Part shown: positions 62,701 through 64,000 of the stretch, piece by piece
How positions within the stretch are numbered: the first letter of the stretch is position 1
How the letters are laid out: each line of letters begins with the position of its first letter
NCBI GenBank assembly: GCA_965287045.1
Contig: OZ336880.1
Coordinates: 40,982,001-41,046,000 of the forward strand
Source of the DNA: Carcharhinus amblyrhynchos
Lineage: Eukaryota
Length of the DNA: 64,000 nt
Direction: 5' to 3'
Translations under genes and position numbers: made by a program
The notes under the pieces: generated by a model
What the model was told of the DNA's origin: nothing
Database searches by the model: none
Seen by the model: the letters and a program-made list of their open reading frames with translations, nothing else

Positions 62701-63349
62701 GACTTGGATTTCCGCGACAAATTTGTTGTGCGCGTTGGTGAATCTTTCAGCCTGACTGGAACATACAAAGGGAAACCTGCTCCAAAGGTTTCTTGGCTGA
62801 AGGATGATGATGTAGTTGAAGAAACCAAACGCTTAAAGATAAACACTACACCGTCAAAACTGTGTCTGGGAATCCTGAAAGGTGTTCGTGATGACTCTGG
62901 TAAATACTGTGTGGTTGTGGAGAACAGCACAGGGGTACGAAAGGGTCTCTGTCAAGTGACTGTTGTTGGTAAGTTAGTTATTTTTCTTCTTTTTCCATTT
63001 AAAATCTTATAAGCAGGAAACAGAATTGAAACCAACTTTTTTTTTTCAGATCGTCCACTACCTCCAGTTGGCCCAGTTGTGTTCCATGAAGTTCATAAAG
63101 ATCACATGGTTGTTTCCTGGAAACCGCCACTTGATGACGGAGGCAGTATGATCACTAATTATATTGTTGAGAAAAGAGATACAAACCGAGAACTTTGGAT
63201 GCCTGTTACTTCTTCAACTACTAAAACAACTTGCAAAGTTCCAAAATTAATTGAGGGCAGAGAGTATATTATCCGCATCTATGCTGAAAACATGTATGGA
63301 ATCAGTGATCCATTGCTTTCAGAAGAAATGAAAGCCAAAGATCGTTTTA
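5650..63349 (+). CDS. TTN: Titin, partial multi-exon gene (PEVK end, distal I-band Ig, I/A junction, D-zone A-band); extends beyond both window edges
   Basis: About 80 phase-compatible exons encoding PEVK, Ig and Fn3 domains in the same order as human titin, e.g. KKTPSP...QLKAVPLKFVKE and DVPGPVKNL...DGGSKI. Confidence 0.98.
6067..6525 (+). CDS. TTN: TTN E-rich PEVK exon, 459 nt, 11-12-aa acidic repeats
   Basis: ctgaag|CTTTC...GAAAG|gtatag, phase 1-1, open frame. Confidence 0.8.
7242..7325 (+). CDS. TTN: TTN PEVK exon, 84 nt (VAPITEKIEPKGDVLVTAPVKQDLEPVE)
   Basis: ttgaag|TGGCT...AGAAG|gtatac, phase 1-1. Confidence 0.85.
8036..8110 (+). CDS. TTN: TTN PEVK exon, 75 nt (VPETEEVPATTLPISAPGPVKKPLK)
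   Basis: tttaaag|TGCCTGAA...TAAAG|gtacaa, phase 1-1; not in the ORF track. Confidence 0.85.
8536..11073 (+). CDS. TTN: TTN giant PEVK-like exon, 2538 nt
   Basis: tatag|CTGCAG...CGAG|gtgaga, phase 1-1, 846 open codons rich in K/E/P/V/I; an in-frame alternative acceptor gives a start at 8542. Confidence 0.9.
9690..10875 (+). repeat. Coding tandem repeat, 156-159-nt unit (52-53 aa)
   Basis: 'gaaaagccacagaaa' at 10110, 10266, 10425, 10584, 10743, with degenerate units on both sides. Confidence 0.95.
11724..11774 (+). CDS. TTN: TTN small exon, 51 nt (DAKTPADEAGRGRGFLR)
   Basis: ctacag|ATGCT...CAGAG|gtgaga, phase 1-1, GC-rich island in an AT-rich intron. Confidence 0.75.
12156..12164 (+). CDS. 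TTN: Candidate 9-nt TTN microexon (A-P-K)
   Basis: Pyrimidine tract, then tgcttgcag|CTCCAAAGA|gtaata; frame-preserving phase 1-1. Confidence 0.35.
12778..13173 (+). CDS. TTN: TTN exon: PEVK end + Ig I84
   Basis: KKTPSPGEGDKKPLKPGGG...LKFVKELKD...TAKLIVE; ag/gt bounded. Confidence 0.95.
13472..13741 (+). CDS. TTN: TTN Ig I85
   Basis: ELPVAFFKTLDEEVTV; ag/gt bounded. Confidence 0.95.
13829..14104 (+). CDS. TTN: TTN Ig I86
   Basis: EIVRKWFVKPVRDQ; ag/gt bounded. Confidence 0.95.
14520..15180 (+). pseudogene. Decayed Penelope-like RT fragments interrupted by a SINE
   Basis: 'ttcaccatggac...ctccatcctccaccag' (FTMD...SI.HQ) before the SINE and 'aaacccactggatctcacagctacctt' (KPT.SHSYL) after it. 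Confidence 0.6.
14677..14916 (-). mobile_element. tRNA-derived SINE (HE1/V-SINE-like), tail type B
   Basis: Reverse complement of 'ggtggcacactggttaacactgctgcc...ctcccgtgtctgcgtgggtttcctcc'; tail 'cacagtaacttcattgcagtgttaatgtaagc'. Confidence 0.85.
15374..15510 (+). CDS. TTN: TTN Ig I87, first half
   Basis: EREIDILSELQSVEVYEKETATF...LRPSP|gtaagc. Confidence 0.93.
15621..15747 (+). CDS. TTN: TTN Ig I87, second half
   Basis: TCEMKAEGAKRFLIL...YLRVK. Confidence 0.93.
15862..16128 (+). CDS. TTN: TTN Ig I88
   Basis: EIELDFEAPLKDVTVPE. Confidence 0.95.
16395..16670 (-). mobile_element. tRNA-derived SINE (HE1-like), CR1-type tail
   Basis: 'gagcacccagaggaaa...tccctggtgctgtgaggcagtagtgctaaccactgcaccac'. 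Confidence 0.8.
16960..17226 (+). CDS. TTN: TTN Ig I89
   Basis: GMRLKFITPLKDQTVKEG. Confidence 0.95.
17265..21445. mobile_element. Decayed PIF/Harbinger DNA transposon (~4 kb)
   Basis: HARBI1-like nuclease remnants on + and Myb/SANT-partner remnants on -; right end 'aaattctgcc'; boundaries approximate. Confidence 0.7.
18150..18940 (+). pseudogene. Harbinger DDE transposase pseudogene
   Basis: LNFYANG.FQG...CGI..AAAHHC...VQDVIHRIHMVIRAP...RFP..SQDAYI...TIGLLK...LHNL, spread across frameshifts. Confidence 0.8.
21614..21877 (+). CDS. TTN: TTN Ig I90
   Basis: EADPYFTVKLQDYTAIEKDE. Confidence 0.95.
21981..22120 (+). CDS. TTN: TTN Ig I91 (I27), first half
   Basis: ARIIKIVHPLHGVEIFEGETAHFEVEISETDVHPQWKLKG. 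Confidence 0.95.
22363..22489 (+). CDS. TTN: TTN Ig I91 (I27), second half
   Basis: QCEIIEDGKKHLLTLYNCKLSDSGEVFFQAANAKCAANLKVK. Confidence 0.95.
22707..22973 (+). CDS. TTN: TTN Ig I92 (GC donor)
   Basis: EIPLTFIVPLNDVKVYEKDE...LIIQ; CAAG|gcaaga. Confidence 0.93.
23067..23333 (+). CDS. TTN: TTN Ig I93
   Basis: GIRLEFTKPLEDQTVKE. Confidence 0.95.
23445..23711 (+). CDS. TTN: TTN Ig I94
   Basis: EGDPYFINKLQDYTAVEKD. Confidence 0.95.
23877..24016 (+). CDS. TTN: TTN Ig I95, first half
   Basis: ERDIKILRPLYSVEVTETE. Confidence 0.93.
24126..24252 (+). CDS. TTN: TTN Ig I95, second half
   Basis: DIEIKKEGTKHFLTL...HLRVK. Confidence 0.93.
24440..24870 (+). promoter_or_regulatory. Candidate Cronos-type internal titin promoter / 5' extension
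   Basis: Intron position matches human 239-240 by exon count; CAGCTG E-boxes at 24534, 24581, 24806; TGATAA at 24452; in-frame ATG at 24840. Confidence 0.55.
24871..25013 (+). CDS. TTN: TTN Ig I96, first half
   Basis: ARVIGLLRPLKDVTVTAG. Confidence 0.95.
25514..25637 (+). CDS. TTN: TTN Ig I96, second half
   Basis: VVTRAEGRVHTFTLRDVQLE. Confidence 0.93.
25738..26004 (+). CDS. TTN: TTN Ig I97
   Basis: EPPVEFTKPLEDQTVEE. Confidence 0.95.
26111..26208 (+). CDS. TTN: TTN Ig I98, first half
   Basis: PPRVEFIKPLTDLEVKEKE...ENAK. Confidence 0.92.
27400..28330 (+). mobile_element. Decayed LINE (endonuclease-region) fragments interrupted by a SINE
   Basis: 'catgtcctgccccaccaacagaacagaccc' and 'ctgattaccacctagtgccctctctcaactga' resemble a CR1/L2-group APE region. 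Confidence 0.45.
27722..28032 (-). mobile_element. tRNA-derived SINE (HE1-like), CR1-type tail
   Basis: Reverse complement of 'ggtggcatggtggcacgatggttagcgctgctgc...tttcctctgggtgctctggtttcctccc'. Confidence 0.85.
28797..28916. mobile_element. Short MITE with imperfect terminal inverted repeats
   Basis: Left end 'gaggcggaattttcccatcc', right end 'ggatggaaaatcccaccc'. Confidence 0.6.
29181..29349 (+). CDS. TTN: TTN Ig I98, second half
   Basis: VRWFKDGVEVRKGKKYDI...LLTVL. Confidence 0.93.
29451..29717 (+). CDS. TTN: TTN Ig I99
   Basis: EEDAVFTKNLTD. Confidence 0.95.
29811..30077 (+). CDS. TTN: TTN Ig I100
   Basis: ELAAEFISRPQNLEV. Confidence 0.95.
30607..30830 (+). mobile_element. Old tRNA-headed SINE
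   Basis: 'ggggctgattagcccagttggctagatggc...gcttgattctc' resembles A/B-box head; end approximate. Confidence 0.5.
31267..31593. mobile_element. Penelope-derived palindromic element with 12-bp TSD
   Basis: Inverted arms 31308-31439 and 31463-31593; ATTGATTATTAG at 31255-31266 and 31594-31605. Confidence 0.85.
31361..31400 (-). ncRNA. Minimal type I hammerhead ribozyme motif
   Basis: AUUCAC-CUGACGA-A-GAGG(GAAA)CCUC-GAAA-GC-UU-GUGCAU. Confidence 0.65.
31847..32125 (+). CDS. TTN: TTN Ig I101
   Basis: ERLRIITPIKDQLV. Confidence 0.95.
32219..32627 (+). CDS. TTN: TTN Ig I102 + first half of I103
   Basis: EEELKIIEPLED...EAPADFVEH...RESK. Confidence 0.95.
32729..32853 (+). CDS. TTN: TTN Ig I103, second half (GC donor)
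   Basis: YQFEKDGSLRRLII...RLFVE; GAAG|gcaagt. Confidence 0.92.
32938..33204 (+). CDS. TTN: TTN Ig I104
   Basis: EIPVEIIRPP...AKLELA. Confidence 0.95.
33311..33598 (+). CDS. TTN: TTN Ig I105
   Basis: AVPVIKLTDLNLVIDAGKP. Confidence 0.95.
33712..34011 (+). CDS. TTN: TTN Fn3 I106
   Basis: DVPGPVKNLNV...DGGSKILGY. Confidence 0.95.
34116..34418 (+). CDS. TTN: TTN Fn3 I107
   Basis: VPDAPLNVQV...DGGSEITNY. Confidence 0.95.
34507..34694 (+). CDS. TTN: TTN Fn3 I108, first half
   Basis: KPSPPIEFAHS...ETTFK. Confidence 0.92.
35155..35442 (-). mobile_element. tRNA-derived SINE, tail type B
   Basis: Same head and core as 14677-14916; tail 'gtaagcctacttgtgacaatgataaataaac'. Confidence 0.85.
35873..37488 (+). 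mobile_element. CR1 LINE copy 2, 5'-truncated, open RT frame to 37387
   Basis: Near-identical to copy 1 from 'agactggaggggctgatt'; ends in (TTCTTATG)3. Confidence 0.95.
37646..37760 (+). CDS. TTN: TTN Fn3 I108, second half
   Basis: VTGLKPGVKYYYRVSAEN. Confidence 0.93.
37874..38158 (+). CDS. TTN: TTN Ig I109
   Basis: VAPTLDLSAFKDGLEVIVP. Confidence 0.95.
38225..38990 (-). mobile_element. Decayed L2-like LINE fragment
   Basis: Starts 'tttgtatttatatatcacctttaac...catctcaag', followed by a purine-rich tract like 135-830. Confidence 0.45.
39055..39206 (+). CDS. TTN: TTN Fn3 I110, first half
   Basis: ERPSAPKDLKVSE...KTWTK. Confidence 0.93.
40836..40983 (+). CDS. TTN: TTN Fn3 I110, second half
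   Basis: VIAGVQDLEFTVPDLFQGRDYLFRVSACNKCGPGEP; frame not shown in the ORF track. Confidence 0.93.
41285..41975. mobile_element. Non-autonomous DNA transposon (Harbinger-like MITE)
   Basis: GC-rich insert with ends 'ggatgaatttttc' and 'gaagaaaatccc' and internal inverted pieces ('ggggacac', 'gggcagtccc'). Confidence 0.5.
42680..42857 (+). CDS. TTN: TTN Fn3 I111, first half
   Basis: TVPDPPENVRWRNPSSKGIFLTWEPP. Confidence 0.93.
42942..43063 (+). CDS. TTN: TTN Fn3 I111, second half
   Basis: MEVTGLNEGEWYSYRVKALN. Confidence 0.93.
43521..43808 (+). CDS. TTN: TTN Ig I112
   Basis: EAPEIQLDVKLLAGITVKAG. Confidence 0.95.
43905..44201 (+). CDS. TTN: TTN Fn3 I113
   Basis: DKPGPPAAFDITDI. Confidence 0.95.
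44312..44498 (+). CDS. TTN: TTN Fn3 I114, first half
   Basis: DPPGPPTRLQGSDIAKD. Confidence 0.93.
45685..45800 (+). CDS. TTN: TTN Fn3 I114, second half
   Basis: VKGLTPKKKYKFRVLAEN. Confidence 0.93.
45988..46287 (+). CDS. TTN: TTN Fn3 I115
   Basis: DPPWPPGKPNVKDV. Confidence 0.95.
46400..46699 (+). CDS. TTN: TTN Fn3 I116
   Basis: PPSPPRWLQVVNI. Confidence 0.95.
46793..46898 (+). CDS. TTN: TTN Fn3 I117, first half
   Basis: TTPGPPYALTVVDVTKRHV. Confidence 0.92.
46990..47186 (+). CDS. TTN: TTN Fn3 I117, second half
   Basis: YVIEKKEKLGTRWVKAG. Confidence 0.93.
47281..47586 (+). CDS. TTN: TTN Fn3 I118
   Basis: PPSPPLELHVTDAS. Confidence 0.95.
47697..47975 (+). CDS. TTN: TTN Ig A1
   Basis: CNPSIELQTQDITVVEG. 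Confidence 0.95.
48077..48376 (+). CDS. TTN: TTN Fn3 A2
   Basis: GLPGQCKDIKASDV. Confidence 0.95.
48485..48787 (+). CDS. TTN: TTN Fn3 A3
   Basis: RPDPPVDLEVQDP. Confidence 0.95.
48959..49336 (+). CDS. TTN: TTN Ig A4
   Basis: DPPKVFLVGNLQFG...CDVNVL. Confidence 0.95.
49462..49764 (+). CDS. TTN: TTN Fn3 A5
   Basis: DTPGPPVNFIFEEV. Confidence 0.95.
49972..50271 (+). CDS. TTN: TTN Fn3 A6
   Basis: PPEAPDKPEVVDTT. Confidence 0.95.
50368..50664 (+). CDS. TTN: TTN Fn3 A7
   Basis: PPGPPVPSILDTS. Confidence 0.94.
50753..51037 (+). CDS. TTN: TTN Ig A8
   Basis: EPPVVEFDESVRAG. Confidence 0.95.
51134..51427 (+). CDS. TTN: TTN Fn3 A9
   Basis: DVPGPILDLKPVVV. Confidence 0.95.
51513..51812 (+). CDS. 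TTN: TTN Fn3 A10
   Basis: PPTSPEKFTYTDRT. Confidence 0.95.
51924..52232 (+). CDS. TTN: TTN Ig A11
   Basis: PPIVRLQLKGKKTVITVKAG. Confidence 0.95.
52357..52547 (+). CDS. TTN: TTN Fn3 A12, first part
   Basis: DKPTPPRNLKVSDI...ERRYG. Confidence 0.93.
52653..53082 (+). CDS. TTN: TTN Fn3 A12 end + A13
   Basis: VWKLTTDGEYQFRV...GLPGPPSKPKV. Confidence 0.95.
53360..53668 (+). CDS. TTN: TTN Fn3 A14
   Basis: PPSAPSCPEVTDKT. Confidence 0.95.
53754..53902 (+). CDS. TTN: TTN Ig A15, part 1
   Basis: EEPDVTLEVGAPDFL...AKTVMK. Confidence 0.92.
54158..54465 (+). mobile_element. tRNA-derived SINE (HE1-like), apparently full length, CR1-type tail
   Basis: A-box 'tggcacagtggtt', B-box 'ggttcaattcc', tail 'gggccaaaaggcctctttctgcactgtaaggattctatga'. 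Confidence 0.9.
55740..55970 (-). pseudogene. Harbinger Myb/SANT-like DNA-binding gene fragment
   Basis: ORF 55745-55963 contains VA.DVNSQS....AQCHKKFND, resembling the QCRKKFNDL trihelix motif. Confidence 0.55.
56094..57250 (+). mobile_element. Older CR1 3' end split by the copy-3 insertion
   Basis: 'ttcaaagaggcattaaac...gcagggttacagg...catgag' resumes after copy 3 as 'taatggtctccttcct...attctgtgatt'. Confidence 0.6.
56227..57212 (+). mobile_element. CR1 LINE copy 3, heavily 5'-truncated
   Basis: Matches copies 1 and 2 from 'atctggaggagggaac'; ends in (TTCTTATG)2; G23 run at 56917-56939. Confidence 0.95.
57579..57611 (+). CDS. TTN: TTN Ig A15, part 2, 33-nt exon (EEGHNLPADAQ)
   Basis: tgtag|GAG...CAG|gtaata, phase 0-0; resembles human DGVHDIPEDAQ as recalled. 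Confidence 0.85.
57716..57845 (+). CDS. TTN: TTN Ig A15, part 3
   Basis: VESIKNKSTVIIPEC...RVNVL. Confidence 0.92.
57935..58234 (+). CDS. TTN: TTN Fn3 A16
   Basis: DMPGPPKDLKVSDI. Confidence 0.95.
58350..58667 (+). CDS. TTN: TTN Fn3 A17
   Basis: APEPPTKLRVGLVT. Confidence 0.95.
58763..59059 (+). CDS. TTN: TTN Ig A18
   Basis: CAPEIELQEFLEAEQ. Confidence 0.95.
59188..59487 (+). CDS. TTN: TTN Fn3 A19
   Basis: GPPGPPVGPIKFEEI. Confidence 0.95.
59695..60009 (+). CDS. TTN: TTN Fn3 A20
   Basis: VPGACDKPTIGSVT. Confidence 0.95.
60210..60325 (+). mobile_element. 5'-truncated SINE, tail type B only
   Basis: 'ttcactgtaacttcattgcagtgttaatgtaaagcctacttgtgactaataaataaact'. Confidence 0.8.
60470..60618 (+). 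CDS. TTN: TTN Fn3 A21, first half
   Basis: APPGPPFPKVTDWT. Confidence 0.93.
61288..61438 (+). CDS. TTN: TTN Fn3 A21, second half
   Basis: VKDKEIRGTKFVVPDLKEG. Confidence 0.93.
61524..61805 (+). CDS. TTN: TTN Ig A22
   Basis: VPDISLDASMRDRIVVHAG. Confidence 0.95.
61896..62198 (+). CDS. TTN: TTN Fn3 A23
   Basis: DVPGPVGEPFRCENL. Confidence 0.95.
62307..62609 (+). CDS. TTN: TTN Fn3 A24
   Basis: VPERPEDLEVAAVT. Confidence 0.95.
62687..62968 (+). CDS. TTN: TTN Ig A25
   Basis: EPPTLDLDFRDKFVVRVG. Confidence 0.95.
63050..63349 (+). CDS. TTN: TTN Fn3 A26
   Basis: DRPLPPVGPVVFHEV. Confidence 0.95.
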
Positions 63350-63423
63350 GTAAGTACTGGACTTCTCATTAATATATTAAGTGAAACAAAAAAAACAAAC
63401 AAATGCTCAATAAAGCAAATTAA

Positions 63424-64000
63424 GGGCCTTATTTTCTCATTGCCTCGCGTCCGTTTTCAGGCGTGAAAATATGGTAAAGTCGGGTCTGAGGCCATCAATG
63501 CGATCTGCACCCGCGCCCACACAGATACCCACTTTACCGACACCCTGGAATGGCTGCGATCCGATTCACGCCCAAAACAGGCACAATGGCAATTTAAATG
63601 CATTTGCATGTATTTAAATTGAATTAATGCCCTCCCAACTTTACCAGCATTTCCCTCTTTACCACCACACTCGCCGATCCGGAATCACGCCGAAATGAAT
63701 ATACTGAATAAAAGTCTCAGTCGGGTGCTCCAGCTGCTGAAGAAGCGAGTTCAGAGCTTCCAGTGGTTCTCTGAGTCAGACCGGTGGTCGGGGGGAGGTC
63801 AAATCATATTCTGGGGGGGTGCGGGGTTGGGGGGGGTGGGAGAGTGAAGCCAGATTGATATCTGGTTGGGTGAGGGGGAGGGCCAGTCTTGTCTGGTGTG
63901 GTGGGGGGGGTGCAAGATTGTTGTCTGGTTGTAGGGGGAAGGAAGGCCAGATCATTGTCTGATTAAGGAGGGGTAGGGCTGATCGTTGTCTGGTGGCGGG
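63424..64000. mobile_element. GC/CpG-rich DNA transposon (Harbinger-like), left part, runs off the window
   Basis: Abrupt start 'gggccttattttc', many retained CpGs, G-rich 'tctggtgg' tandem-like tail. Confidence 0.5.

Noticed and set aside
8510-62930. Many minus-strand ORFs overlapping exons and CR1 copies
   Set aside because: They are antisense shadows of coding sequence with no recognisable domains or splice structure.

Overview
Vertebrate genomic DNA, probably from a cartilaginous fish (inferred from the repeat families). The window lies inside the titin (TTN) gene on the + strand. I traced about 80 exons by hand through splice sites and reading phase. They cover the end of the PEVK region (including a 2.5-kb exon with a 52-53-aa tandem repeat), the distal I-band Ig tandem (I84-I104, with the I91/I27 orthologue), the I/A junction (I105-I118) and the first D-zone Ig-Fn3-Fn3-Ig-Fn3-Fn3-Fn3 super-repeats (A1-A26). 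Domain and exon numbers come from recalled similarity to human titin and were not checked by alignment. Introns carry three near-identical young CR1 LINE copies, tRNA-derived SINEs with two different tails, a decayed Harbinger transposon, MITE-like elements and Penelope-like remnants. The best leads are: (1) a Cronos-type internal promoter and in-frame start in intron 24253-24870; (2) a TSD-flanked 286-bp inverted repeat whose arms each carry a minimal hammerhead ribozyme motif, intact on the antisense strand and core-mutated on the titin sense strand; (3) the giant repetitive PEVK exon; (4) a GCATG cluster around a candidate 9-nt microexon. No prokaryotic system, CRISPR array or rRNA is visible.
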